From Eledone cirrhosa (Eukaryota): a stretch of DNA of 64,000 nucleotides. A program made the translations under genes and the position numbers. Shown piece by piece: positions 36,421 to 51,316 of the stretch (positions within the stretch are counted from its first letter, which is position 1; each line of letters starts with the position of its first letter). Location of the stretch: NCBI GenBank assembly GCA_964016885.1, contig OZ024743.1, forward strand, positions 339,884,001 through 339,948,000. Reading direction: 5' to 3'. The notes beneath the pieces are model-generated. The model worked only from the letters and a program-made list of their open reading frames with translations, was not told where the DNA came from and ran no database searches.

Positions 36421-36734
36421 CTTTTTTTTTTTCCATTATTATTTTTGTTCAATGAATTTATATTATTGTGTTATTTATACACGGTTTAGACATTATATTT
36501 GTCCTTCTGAACGAATTGCGAGCAATTTATAATGTTATTTATGTATATATTTAAAACATATTTGCAACGTTATTCCACTATAAATTTATACAATTATAAT
36601 AAAATACCTTCGTTTTTATGTTAAAAAAAAAAAAAGCGAGAGAGAAAAAAAAACATCAACTTATTGTTGATGGTTCGAGGTTTTTTGGTTAGTAAAATAA
36701 AACTTCTGTTACGTTGATTGTGGCTTATTATAAT

Positions 36735-37060
36735 CCCGCCGAGGTTAACTTTGCCTTTCATCCTTACGGGGTCGATAAAATAAAGTACCAGTAATGTACT
36801 GAGTAATTTCTGGCCTTGTGCCAAAAGTAGAAACAATTATTTTAAAACTAAATAGGGCGGTGAGTTGACAATCGTTATAGCGTCGGATAAAATACTTTGC
36901 AGTATTTATTTTTGCCCTTTACGTTCTGGGTCCAAATCGTGCCGAGGCCAACTTTGCCCTTTATCCTTCCAGGGTCGATAAAATAAAGTACTGATCAAGT
37001 ACTGGAATCGATTATAATTGACTTTCCCTTTACACCAAATTACTGGTCTTGTGCCATTGT
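36735..37060 (+). mobile_element. Two tandem SINE family A copies
   Basis: Both contain gccgagg..aactttgcc.tt.atcctt..ggggtcgataaaataaagtac. A further pair lies at 38195-38505. Confidence 0.85.
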
Positions 37061-37127
37061 TATAAAGAATTATTTCGAAACTGTATATATATTTTTTTGT
37101 AATAATCTAAGTTTGTAAACAAACACA

Positions 37128-37168
<41 letters not shown>

Positions 37169-40100
37169 ACGTGTGAATACTTACATTTATGTATCAGCTC
37201 TGCTAGGGCGAGAAATAAAACTCTAATTATATATATATATAGGAGACGCACATTCTCCCACACGTCACAAGGGAAGCTGGTTTTTGAGGCAAGTCAACAC
37301 ACTCGCAGCATTGCTGCGGGTGATGACGAGGTTAAGACACTGGAATAACCATGTATCCACGCAGGCACCACCTGATGTGTCATTAAGGTAAGTTACCAAC
37401 AATGGCAAGCACTTTGTCAACGGCCCAGCTCCCCAAAACATTTCGAACATCATAAGATTAAAATTCCTTTTACATTAGAATTTTAGTTCAATTACGGATA
37501 CATTTCCCCCCACTTTAACTTCAGCATTCTGGAGTGCAAAAGAGTCGCTGATTGTGGTGTCCCAAACGATGCACTTAGCCTTTACCTAGAGGGAATAATA
37601 AAATAAACTCCAAGTAAATTCTATTTTATTCGTACAACTAGCAATAACCTGACCTCATATTTACCTCATTAGCTCTCCGGTCTGCTCTCTTACATAACAT
37701 GTTGATATTGTAAATTCAGTTGTTTATCAACAATAATTGAGTAAATGCATCTAGTTCTTTTAGTGTTATGCAGGACTACATTATCCAATATGTCTTGACT
37801 TAAGAAGTTAGTGATATGGTTGCTGTTTTTAGCTGGTCGAGTAACCACGTAGACATTCTCTTTGTTAGTGATAGCTGAAGACATTATTTACAAGTAAAGT
37901 TGTTGATAAATTGAGATTTAAAAAGAATGGATATTTAACCTAAACTAGGTTTCAAAGCGGGGAGAAAAAAGTTGTCCCTTGTATTTTAGAATTTTATTCC
38001 GTTTGGTTACGGATGCGGTGATCCTCACCTTCGCAGCTGCGTCCAGAACAAAAGAGTTTAAGTCTGGCGTCCTAATTACTTGATACTTTTGTTTAGCTTT
38101 ATGTGGGCTCTGAACAAGCAGATGATCAAATGCATTCAACATGTGGCTATTTTCTTAATACAGAAATGAAAATATAAACACATAATAAATACAATTTATT
38201 GGCAGTATCGGTAGAGGGTCGGATAAAATAAAGTACCAGTGGGTAACTGCTGGCCTTGTGCCAAAAGTAGAAACAATTATTTATTATTGCTAGATTAGCA
38301 GTATCGGTAGAGCATCAGACACCATGCTTTCCAGTATAGTTATGGCTCTTTACGTTCTGAGTTCAAATCCCGCCGAGGTTAGCTTAGCCTTTCATCCTTA
38401 CGGTGTCGATAAAATAAAGCATTAGTAATGCACTGGGGACGATTGAATCAACTTTCCCTTCCCTTCCATATTGCTGGCCTTGTGCATAAGGTAGAAACAA
38501 TTATTGCTATGAACCTCACAAATATAATGCACAAAAATATACAATCACCGCACGAGGGAAAGAAAAGAACAAGAACAATCACCAAATGCGACAGTCAGCA
38601 GCACTCACAAGCATCAATGGAAATTTTTGAGGCAAGCCAATGCACTCACATCATTACTGCAGGTGATGGCGAGGCTAAGGCACTGAAACAACTAGGCACC
38701 CTCACGGACATTACTGGACATCTCGGTATGGCAAGCCACTAACGTTTTTTCCCTAGCATATGCAGTGTCCTTTCTGTTTTATTTAGGCTATTTAACCAAT
38801 ATTTTTAGCAGGTTGAGTATACTCATTTGCAAAACCTGAATTATATTTTAATAACATTGTTTGAAAAACGCTCTAAATTAATTGTGGGGCAGGAGAAGCA
38901 CGAGCAAAATTTAGGTACTGACTGAATGGTGAGTAGATCTAACTGTACACCTGTAAAGGAACCACCGGAGAAGTTTATGCAGAAAGTGGTATGTTCAAAA
39001 GCAGAAAGTTATATCTCGTGTTGCATTTTATTATGACACCAGCATACCCACTTTACTGAGTGGGCTGGGTGTTTATCTTTTTGTGTCTGGTACTTATTTT
39101 ATTGATTTCCACACACGCACTCTGGTCTTCTACAGTTTCCATCTACCAAATTCCATTCACAAGGTATTGGTCAACCTGAGGCTATAGTAGAAGATACTTG
39201 CACAAAATGCTGTGCAGTGAGACAGGACTGTTAACCATGTGGTTGTGAAACAAACTTCATAACCATGCAGATATATTTGCAGTTTTTTTTTTTTACATAA
39301 AATTATGATAGACTTTTAGATGAATGTAGGCACTTTGAAGTGAACAGTTTTGTATTGTGGAACCTGGGGCAGTTTGGTACCAAAAAGGTTAAAAGATTTT
39401 CTGTATCCTTATTTGTTTATTGAGGTTTGAAAATCTATTTTGTCTTTTACATTGAGTGAAAGAAGGCGGGGACAACTCACTCTCTTCAAGGCCCCTTCCA
39501 TGACCTAACATTTCGTCGTCCATGGTGGGATGAGCCCCCCCCCCTCCCTGGTAAGCAACATGTAGCCCATCACCTCCCCTCTCTCATTTCACACTGTTAC
39601 TCCCATTAATGCCTTCCCACCCCATGCAAGGACACAGTGACCACCCTAGTGTTGTAATGTAGTGCTAGTGCTACAATAAAATGCACACAGCCCACACTGT
39701 AAAGTGGTAGTGATGTTGCCATGATAAATAGCACCCACTACACCTTGTAAGGTGGTAGAACTGGAGTCATAAAATATTCCCTGGACATGCTGTAAAGTGG
39801 TTGTCATTAGGAATAGCAATCAGTCATAGAAACCAAAGCAAAAACGGAGCCAATGAGCAATACATGGTCACCTGAGCAGTCTAGCCTCAGTATATGACAA
39901 CTCGTCTAACCCATGCAAGCATGGAAAATAGACATTAAGCAGTGATGATGACCAAATTCAGTTAGGCATAATCTTAAACTTAAAATTTTATTTAGTGATT
40001 TTAATTTTTTTCTCCTCAATATGTTATTGGAACTGTTTAAATATGGACCAATGTGTAACATGGAATGGAAATAAGGAAAAATATGATTCAAATCCCTTCT

Positions 40101-43100
40101 TACCCCTAATTATTCACTATACAAAATGTTATTCTATTGTTGTTCAGTAGCTATGGTCAACTCGGTTTGAGCACACTCGTGGCATGGAAGTATTTATGAA
40201 ATGCTTAAGAGCAACATAAGTTTGGCCCTTTGGATTTGTAGATTTTCAATTTGTTGGTTTGAGCTGAACTTCAGTGTTCCATCTATTAGCAGAAAAGTTG
40301 AAAAAATATCTTTCAGTATTTAGTTAGGTCCTGAGTTCAAATCATCAAATTTAACTTTGTCTTTCAAGGATCATTGATCTTTGAATGATGAATAACATAT
40401 CAGTGTTATAATTGACTCTTTTTCTTAAAATGTGTGCCTTTATGCATTGCCATTGGTTTATGTCCACTTTGTTAGGCTGGTATTGGTTAGAAAGATTATT
40501 TCTAGAACTACATGCCCTTTTTGATACCAAATATAGGTGCCCATTATCTGACCTTCATAGACCTACTGATCTGCAAGACATAAGCATTACGATTGCTCAG
40601 GCAATGTCAAGACACAAGACAAATGTGCATACACATACTCTTGGGTCTTGAATAATCGTTCCCCTCCCTCTTACAAATTTTTCAGATTTTGTCTCCTTGC
40701 CCACCATCCCGGCTTATTAAATATTGCTAATCTATCATGAAAAATTTTATTTTAAGTGGTAGCATTTCTGCAACAATCAATTTTCATTAAACACTAAAAA
40801 ATATTATACATGACAAAAAATAAATTGGATGGGTTGGGGTTTCAATATGTAAACTAATTCTGGTTTTTAAAAAAAAATCAATGGAAACAACCAAGAAAAA
40901 TTACATTGTTATCCAATCACCCACCTTCACACGCAAACGCGCGCACACACACCACATATTCCAACCCACCCCCTATCATTTAGGACCTAATAGTAAATGA
41001 CATGGTCCTGCACAACTTCCACCTGAAGAATTTTGTTCAAAAGGCATTAGACAGCTGAAAGTGTTACACAGTGAGATTGAGTCTGAAACCACATGGTTAT
41101 AAAATGAACTCCTTAACCACATAGCCATGCCTATACCTATGTAAGAAATCATTTGATTAGCTGCTGAAAGACATTTTAAAAAGTCACTTGTTCTACTCAA
41201 ATGGATCTCTGTTTATAAATATTAACATTTTGGAGTACTTGTTTATTTTTGTTTTGTTTTGTTTAGAAATACTTCTTAATGTTTGTACTTAAAAATGTTA
41301 ACTGTCTAACTTTATAAGAAATATGTGTTTAATGACATGATATTTTAGTTATTGACTATCATAGTGAGGAATTGGCTATTTTAACCAATGAAAGTCTGTT
41401 GGATCACCTGGCTTGTTAGAAAAACAACCAGGTCTTCCTCAAATTACACCTTACTGCCTTTAAAAGATGTGAATATACATTGGGTAATGTATTTGCTCAT
41501 ATATAAATAAATAGAATGGAAGAGCTTTGAACATAGGTCTGCTTAATCAGGGTTTTTTGGAATCTAAAGAACTTTAAATGCTTCCATTCAACATATGACA
41601 GCATAAAGATAAAACTGTTAAATTATTGAGGATTTCCTTTGTAGTTGATAATGGATCTAAAATGTTATTTCACTAAACTTTAGTCTGACCTGTGTGATTA
41701 TCTTATTCATGCATGAAAGAAGGTATTTCTTATTGAGCGACAGTATTTAGACATTTACTGGTACTTAACTCCTTCAAATAGTTTTGTTCTTGTCAACTAT
41801 TAATTTGGTAGAAATAACTGATTATTTATATTATATATTAGTTTTGTCATAAAGACTAAAGGAAATTTCAGCTCTGTCTGTCTGTGTGATTATTCCCTCA
41901 GCCATTCTTATTGAATGAATGGAGGGAGGTCATCCTAGTTCTTTTGCATACTTAAATGTTTAGAGAAGACAAATATCATATTTTCAGCATGGCTTCATTC
42001 ATGGAGTCCTGGTTTAAAAACCAGACACTGTATTCCTAATGAGTTTCTCTCTCTCTCATTGTCTAACTCTCTCTCTCTCTCTGCCTGCCTCTCTCTCATT
42101 GTCTAACTCTCTCTCTCATTGTCTGTCTCATTTGATGCATTTTTGCTACATGTGACATTGTACCAGACATGGACTCAGCATTTGGGTCATATTCTGAATC
42201 ATAACTTATTAGGAGTTGGTGATTAGATTTTGACAGTGTACCTTGCATGTGATAGCTTTGCAAATGATTTTATTTTTGTCAAAGCTTCAATTTAGCTTTG
42301 GCTCCAAATCATGTAAATGAAATTTACGGCTCACACATATACAGTTTTAACTGGCCTTCTATTAGATTGTATCTTGTATCTCATAGGTTTCTCAAGTGTT
42401 TTAATATAGGTGCTGTAGTCCTATCTTAGAAAACAATGTGAAATAAAGTGTCTCACTCAAATATACAATGCACAGCCCAGTCCAGTGATTGAACACACAA
42501 TCATGAGCCCAACACCCTAACCACTAGGCCAAGTGCCTTCACATTGACTATTGTTTCAATTACAACTTAGAGTATCTTTTAGAAGTGAATTAATATCTGA
42601 TGTTGTTTGTCTACATCTGTTGATGGGGCTTAACTGTGAGTATGATGAATGCAGTAATTAGGAAGGAGTATGTAATAATCAGTGACAGAATTAGGACAAA
42701 TGAGGCTCTGTGCTAGTTAAGTTATGAAGCCCCTTATATTTGAAAAATTCATTGTAAAAAATTTTTTGGCAGGAAGACTCCCCCCCCCCCCATCTCACCA
42801 ACAGGGGCCCTGTGCTTAAGCGCAGCTAAGCACAATGGTAAATCTAACACAAGTAATGTACCTGATACTCAATGAGAGTATCTGAACTTTCCACATTTTT
42901 TGTCTCTCTATTTGTCTAGTACAATACTGTGTTTCTAGTTCTGTCCAGATATTTCATATTCTGCAGCTTGTCAGTGCTGACATGTTTATATATATAAAGT
43001 GTGTGTGTGAGAGTTACATCACTATTTATATTGCATTCTTCTTTTCTAATAATCTACCTTGTTGTTTACACTTAAATAGTCACTGAGTGAATTATTTTTG

Positions 43101-46100
43101 TTAATACCAACTCGGTCAATTACCATATCTTGATTATAGAAATAAATCCTTTTTGCTTTTCAAGTACCATAATGTCATTTATTCATCATTTTGTATTTGT
43201 TTTTCCATGCGAGCATGGGTTGGATAGTTGCAGCACTACATTCAGTCCAAAAAATTCCTGCCAAAATTTTTCTTTTACTGAGCCCAAGTAGAAGGCCTCA
43301 TAACTTAACCAGTACAGTGCCTCATTTATCCTAAATCCGGCACTGATCATATTATCTCTCTTTCGTGTATTTGCTGGAATCTTGTATATGTAAATTCAGA
43401 ATGACTTTGTAAAAAAAAAAAAAATACTTAAGATTATGTTGGATAATGATTAAAGGAAATATGAAAGAAAATTATTATGGAATTTATTCAAATGAATTTA
43501 AATGAAATTATTGATTGGAGATTGCCATCTACTTAAAACGAAAGAATGCCAAGAATGATACTTGAATTAAAATTATTAATTTTGATGATGATGATGATGC
43601 CTTAGTCAGTCATATATATTTTACTAAATGCTAGCTTGCCTTACTGAAGTATCAGGTATTTGTGAGGGTGCTTGGTAATGACATGAATATCTTGGTTTGC
43701 CTTAAAACCTTTTAGAAGGCAACACTGGCATTCCCTGTTGTAGTGTTTAATTGGATGTCTACATCTTCCCTGTTTTTTTTTTTGTTTTTTTTTGTGTGAC
43801 CCTTATTGATTTGTTCCTTTTGCAAATCATAACAATTAAGTAATGCCTGCCTTGATGTTCACTTCACTAGATAAATAAGATTCTCTATGATAATAATGGA
43901 GTAACTAAATACATTAAATGTTTTTCTCATAAACTTTTAAAAATTGTAATGGTGTGTGTGTGTGTGTGTGTGCATGTGTGATCACATAGTTATGCATACA
44001 AATAAACACAATTTATATTTTAAAAAAAGAAACGGGCAGAAGACATGCACACTCAATCACACTCCACAACAAAAGGCGCTGGACTTTCCCTCTAATAGTT
44101 TTTGATGTCTAATTACCTAAAACTGTGCCTGGTTCTATGATACAAATCTATTTATTTTTAAAGTGTTTATAGTCATCTAAAAACTTTCCATCATAAATTG
44201 ATGTAAGAAAAAAAACCTTTAATAATGAAAAAGTTATATTACTAAATCTCTCACAAATTCTTGACTATTTTCAAAGTTATTTAAAAATCATTGGCAGTGT
44301 CTTTCATTAGAAATATGATAATGAAAGGGTTAAACATAAATTTGATATAAATAGTTTGTTACTCTATGCTATACTTAATTTTGTTTGCCGACAAGGAACT
44401 ATAAAAACAGTCAGTACTTATTTTACTTTTGGTAACTACAAGCATTATTAGTATTTTTATTTTTGTACTATTTATATTGAATGAGTAACTGGTTTTCTGA
44501 CTAGTAATTGTCTTTTGTTCTTTAGCAGCTGATTGTACTTCTTATCCGAACAGCAATAGCTGTGATTACATGTAGATAATACTGGAACACTTACTATATA
44601 TCTAATACTTACATCACTTACTATATATCTAAACTGTCCTATAAGCTGTCCAACTATAATTTTATGGTGGTAGTAATTTGACTAAAGACAGGAATGTTTG
44701 AAGTGAAAGGCTTCTATATTGATTTGTTATCTGGAAAGAAGAGTTGGATAACTAGCTTTGTGTATATGTCTCTCTCATAGTGAAAATATAACTCCCAACA
44801 AACGATAGTTTTCTTCCTTATTTTAGTTTCTCTGCATGTCTTCACCCCATACAAAGTTTGAGCTGATAAAATATATATATATTTCGTGTGATTTTAATTT
44901 TGAAAGTGAAACATCTTTAAAAGCTTCTTCAGTATGAGTTCTTCACCCTCTGTAGATGTAGGGGCTTTAAAACCAAGATATACTCAAACATTTCAGCCAA
45001 CTGGTAAGTAACCGAATTTATTGCATACTAGAATAAAAAGTCATTAAAAAAATGAGGCCTTTTTTACAAATCATTAAACTTTATTATAAATAATGTCTAG
45101 GTAAATCAGAGATTTAATGAGCTTAGTTATAGATTTAATTGTTTAACCCTAGATCATCCCTAATCAAAAATAACTATAATCTGACATTCCAACTATGACT
45201 TACTGTGTGTAAGACTGCATTCTCCAGAATGGCTCCAGCCTTTTTGATGACTGGATGTGATTTGAAGTAGTATTAGCTATTTCTAGCAGGTTGAACATCT
45301 TTAACTTATGAATAACATGGTGTGAAGCAGATGTGATGGTTTTTTTTTTTTTCCTAGGTTTCATTCTATTACAGCTATCACTTTCAGAATATTTGGCTCC
45401 TATTCTTCCATAGTGAACTAGATAAACCAAAGACTTGCAGAATGTTCTGTCCTGAAGAATGGTTTAATCCCTTCATTTCCACATTTCTTATGAAACACAT
45501 TCTCTGATTTTCAAATCTTGAAAAAAAAATTCAAGAATTTAGATGGATTTAGTAATATAACTTTCTCATTATTTCTCTGGTGTTTGAAACATAAATCAAC
45601 AAAATTATGTTGGGAAAGTTTAAAATAAATACATACATTATAAAATGAACACGTTTGTATCATTAAAGTAGGGGCAGATCCAGACAGTTTGGTATAATGT
45701 AGGTTTTTTTTTAAATTCTTCAAATGTGACAGTCTTACTTAGTCATTTCATTTTTACTTTATGTATTAAATATACTGTGAGGCTAGGGAGCTGGAAGTGC
45801 AGGGGAGTTCGTGCTGAAAGTGAGGGGGCCAGTGACATCCCATCAGAAGTGGGTGTGGGCCAGGTCTCTCTCTCTTAGTCCATGAGGAGCAGCAGAGCAT
45901 GGACGTCTTGTGATGACTGGAGCGAATGAGTGTGTGAGTTTTGCTATGTCCTCTTGTCAGACATGAAACGGGTGAATATTACGCAGGGAGATTCAGTCCA
46001 GGCATGAGGGGAGATGCAAAAGTAGGTCCCTTCACTTCTTACGACATACTTTAATTGAATATTTTGTAAAAATAAAAATTAACAAAAAGCTGCTAGACGA

Positions 46101-46182
46101 AGTGTGATCTTGTTGATCAAATCTTTTTTTTATAAAACTTGTGAACTTTTTTTTTATTTGATTTTTAAAAGGGCCAGGCTGC

Positions 46183-46615
46183 GTTAATGTCTGGTGAAAT
46201 ACCTTACAGTATTCTGGTTCTTTGTACTCCGAGTTCAAATCCCAAAGAGGTTGACTTAACTTTTCATCCTTCTGGGATCAATAAAGTAACAATCTATAGC
46301 CATGGACTTGTAGTTATTACAGACTCAGATAGGTTGCCATGTATTAGATCCTGCATTCTGAGTTCTAGGTTCAAATCCCACTTTAACATATTTGGGTGGT
46401 AGACTTAATCCACTGTACAATTTAACACCACCACTTGATTTCTGGATGCTTTTAATGAAGTCCACGGTTGCAAGTATACAGTTCATGACTCTAGATATCT
46501 TTAATCTTTCTCCTTACTAAATGATAAAAAATAGTTTCCTGTCAAACAAAGGTCGGGGGGGGGGGGGGACTTTTCAGTTGTCAAAGACATACCCCCCCCC
46601 CAGTGCTGGTGCCAT
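46183..46615 (+). repeat. Second copy of the ~400-bp direct repeat (see 32172)
   Basis: Colinear with 32172-32570, with a ~30-bp insertion. Confidence 0.9.
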
Positions 46616-47309
46616 AAGATACTCAGTGTAAAGTGGTTGGTGGTAGGAAGAGCATCTACTTGCAGAAACCATGCCAAAACCAGAACATAAGTGAGGAGAG
46701 TACTCCAGTTAAGACTTGGTCTGTGATGACCCATATATATGCTTCAGCTTTCTATGCAAATGAGGCTAATCAGCCCACCTACACAGGCAAAAATACTATA
46801 TATTCTCGATGAGAGCCATTAGCTTGAAATGCCTATTGACAGTTATCTTTTGCTGCTTCTGCTAGATGGTGTTGGCCATCAGCTTTTATTCATAGCTGGG
46901 CTTTCAAAATGTTGATTTATTAAACATACCATATACCGTCTCACCCATGCTAGCGTGGAAGATAGACGTTAAATGTTGATGATGATGGGTTATCAGGATA
47001 AAAAAGAATATTTGGTTGATATGTTTACATGCAGTCTAAATTGTGAGGTGAATTGAATGCATGTGTGCAGGGATGTGGTTTGGGAAAGTGTATCACCTTG
47101 ATGCCTGGCAGGTTTACTAACTGGCTACCATGGCCTGGTTGTGGTAGTACCATTATGACTAGCAACTACCACAGCCAGACATCAACTGTCAAGTGTCTCA
47201 AAAACCAGCAGACTGAGGGTGAGTGGGGCTACTGAAAATGGGAGCTTGGCTTAAATACCCTAGGTTTCCTAATAATTTCCAGTGATGACATTATAGCTAT
47301 TTTAACCCG

Positions 47310-48080
47310 TGTTTTGTACATCTGTCATAATTTTGCTATTCAAGCTCTTTGAGAAATCATGGGAGTATTGTTAAGGGGTGTATGCTTGTTTCGTAGACCT
47401 CAAAAAGGCATATGAATATATTCCACGAGACCTATTGTGAAGGATTCTTCAGGTTTATTGGATTGAGGGACAGCTTGTTGCCTTGATGTTTCTATATTGA
47501 TGCCCTAGTATTTGTATTTGGATAAATGGTGCTAAATCAAAACCATTCAATGGAGGTGCAGACTTTTCAAGGGTGTGTGTTCATAATTTTCATGGACAAG
47601 ATTGACATGTGCAGCTGGGTTGGAAGTGGTATCAAGACTGGTAGGTGTAAGATCAGTCAGCTGGAATTTGCAGATGACATGGTACTACTTAACTTGTCAG
47701 AAGGTGATCTCCAGCATGCATTTGATAGGTTTGCTACCAAGTGCTGCATGGCAAGAATGAAAATCAGTGCTGTGAAAACTGAGACACTTGCCCTCTCAAG
47801 AAAGCCTGCACAATGCATTCTACATATGAATGGAGTTCCAGTGAAGCAGATGGAGGAATTCAAGTACTTTGGGGTTGTGTTCATGAGTGATGGAGGGCAC
47901 GAGATTGAATTAAGTGCAAGAATTGCAGGAGCTGGTGCAGTAATGCACCAGTTTCAGCATTTGGTCTTCAGAAGTGAGGTAGGTATAAAAGCCAAACTTG
48001 CCATCATCAATTCAGTTTCCATGCCAACCCTTGACGATGGTCATGAATCTTGGGTAATAACTGAAAGAATATGTTTGTAA
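47310..48080 (+). mobile_element. RTE LINE RT fragment (Rex3/Expander-like)
   Basis: CFVDLKKAY, LEFADDMVL, MKISAVKTE, EEFKYFGVVF, GHESWV; contains stops. Confidence 0.88.
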
Positions 48081-51000
48081 ATTATCAGAATATGTGAGTG
48101 AAGAAGGCATGCACACATACACACTCAGAGTAAAATAAAAATACCTGAGGGAATCACTCTGCATAAAGTGTATGCATACAGATTGTCTTACTGTCTGAAT
48201 GTGGCAAGATTGAGAAAAAAAAACTCCAATCAGCCAAGACTATACTTTCAATTTCTAGATTGAAATTCCCTTAATGAAAAGCAAAAAAGAACCTTATCTG
48301 ATCCAAGATTTTCACAATGATTTAATACAATGCAGTGGGAGTGGATCTTGTCTACAAGTCAACTTGGTGAAAGCAGCAGACATGTTTCAATCTTATTAAG
48401 TCTCCTCAGTGAGCATATTCACTTTTCAAATTAGCTTAACTTAGATTGCCTGATAAATATGAAAAGGGAATGTATTGATTTAGTTATTTATTCATTTGTG
48501 TGTGAGGGTGAATAGTTATAGGTGAACAATGAAAGACATTTGATACTATTAAGGTTTAAAAAAACAAAACATATACTTTTTACAATTTAGTTAGGGAAGG
48601 AGGAAACTTGCACATATTCTTTTTACTTTCTCTCAAACAAGTGAAAGTGATATCCAGTCTAAATATTTGTGGGATAGTGTATGCAGGAAAAATATAAGTG
48701 ACAAGAAAACTAGGTGTCTGGTCCAAATGTTTGCATCAGTGAACTTTGCTAAAACACCCTGACACAAGTTCTCAAACTGACAACCCAACAATTATTAGTA
48801 GAATTTCTTACCCTTTTCCCATCTTTAATACTGGTTTTCAATTTGGAAGCAGCTCCAGCAAGTTTGAGGGGGAGAGGCAAATCAGTTATATCAGCCCCTG
48901 TAAAGCCAGATCAAATACCACACAGATTTTATGTGATGTGCTAATAATTTTGCAATCCACTCCATCTTTAATAATGAGTAATAGAATCATATAACCTATA
49001 TTTTAATAGAATTGTGAATATAATATAAACCATCTTCATTTTATTAAACATAGCAGTTCTGTTTGTTTTAAAGTGGACATATTTTATATAAGGACCTTTT
49101 TGTTAAACTGCTGTATCAGACATCAACTTAATGAAAAAGTTAGGTTATATTAAATTCCTTCAAATTCTTCATTTTTCAAAATAAATTGAAACTTATTAAT
49201 GTAGTGGATTTTTTTTTTTAACAAAAGGATTATTAATGTTCAATTCATGGCATCAAAATTTATGCTATTGTTTATTTTCAAGTTTTTCACATGAACTGGA
49301 GGATTTCTAAAAAATCATTTTAATACAAGTGGCTTGGGTTTTATTTCAGAACCATCTTCAAAAATCGATTCCCTTAAATGGTTCAATAAAAAAAGATGTG
49401 AGTAACTCCTTTTTTTAATCTTTTTTACTTTCTTTTTATTTTAATATTTTATAACCATTTACCAAGTTTGTTTGAACATGTATCAAATTATTCAAATCAC
49501 GGAAGGAATTAATTTGTATTTGGTTTAGAATTAGTGTATTGTCTCCTTGCATGTCATAAGAGGCATCTAAAAGAGTTGGCATTAGGAAGGGTAACCAATT
49601 GTAAAACATTGCCTCAAAAAAAGCCCCTTTGACGAGTTTTAATCTGTCATGGGGTCTACAAGACTAACTCCTGCTCTAGCAAGGAATATTGCCTTAAAAT
49701 GCTTGTTTTTTTAAAGGAGTTAAAGAAAGCAATGACAAAATAGTTGCTTTGAATGGGATATAGTTTAGGTTTGTAACAAGACATTGACCGCAGCTGTTAA
49801 ATAGACATTCTTGAATACAGCAAACTCTCCTTTGCATTTGTTGATCAATAGATATCTTATAAGGTTCCATGCTTTGTGTCTTTGAGAAACAAAACGAAAA
49901 TTAAATGCAGTGTTATACTCAGTTCATGTACCAAAAAGTTGAAAGTAGGTTTTAAATTGTTGGTGAGATCAGTCTAGAATTTACTACTGTATTGGCAGTT
50001 ATTACCGTACAACAATATACTTTACAGTATTTGTTCAGACTCTCTGGACTCCATGTTCAATTCCCTCTAGGATCAAATTTTTCTATTTTTTGGGGGTGGT
50101 CAATAAAATAAAAGTATCAGCCCAAAGCAATGGATTAGCAGAATTGTTAGAGCATTGGATGAGATGCCTTGTAGTATTTGTTCTGGCTGTTTGCATTCTG
50201 AATTCAAATCTTGCTATGGGGTACTTGGGTGGTTGACTCAATCATTTACCTGATTTACCACCACTGCCTAGCCTTTGGGTGCTTTTTGAAAAGTCCACAC
50301 TGTTACAAGCATTCAGACCAGCTTTTTAGTTTGAAGATAACTTTCTCCTTCTCTGGAGGCCCTGAAAAGAGCCATGGGCACTGTCCTTCCTTCTCATACT
50401 AAAATGTAAAAAAAAAAAGAAGAAAAAAAATTTCTCATTTTCATCCTTGTCTTTGATGCAATCATATAAACATTTTGTATGAAATATCCCCAAAGAACTA
50501 TTGTATGCTGATATTTGGTTAATTGCAAGATTGGAAGGACTATGGTTTAAAACTGAGTAAATTTTAATAAAAGGACTAAATGGTATGAGAGACAAAGGTG
50601 AGTGTTAAGTAGTGAAGGACACTTTTAGGAGTAACTAAAAAGTAACTTTGTTTTGACTAACAAGTAGGCAGGAAATTAAGATTCCTGCTAGATTGATATG
50701 AAACAAGAACTTTAAGTGCTTCTTTCAGATGCACTCAAGTATTTAATAGCAGGCATAATGAACTGAAAACTATGAACTGCTTTAAAAATCAAAAACAAAA
50801 ATAAAAACAAACAAAACAAACGCACTCCAAACTGAAATAACAGCTGTCAAATTTCCCTCAAATCTCAAGATACTGTCTTGAAAAAAAAACAAACAAAAAA
50901 AAAAAACAAGGGAAGGATACATTGGATAAAATATTCTAAATACTCCCGAAATCACAGAATGATCTTGACTGGAATATCTTTGATCATAAGTTTAACCTGG

Positions 51001-51208
51001 AGCCAAACAAAAACAATAGGTGTGAATGTATAGTGGCTAGATTGTGAAAGGATGGAAGATGTCAGGAGTCCTGTTATCTTTATTGGCAAGAAAAAGTTTT
51101 TGTTTTATAAAACCAAATTGAAACGTGTTAGTATAATGATGCTGGAGAGCAGAGTTCAAAAGATCTATAACTAGAAAGGAATGAATTCAGAATATTATTG
51201 AATATTAA

Positions 51209-51313
51209 TGCCAAGGTTAACTTTGCCTTTCATCCTTACGGGGTCGATAAAATAAAGTACCAGTAATGTACTGAGTAATTGCTGGCCTTGTGCCAAAAGT
51301 AGAAACAATTATT
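51209..51313 (+). mobile_element. 5'-truncated young SINE family A with 15-bp TSD
   Basis: TSD attattgaatattaa at 51194-51208 and 51308-51322; body nearly identical to 36738-36841. Confidence 0.85.
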
Positions 51314-51316
51314 GAA

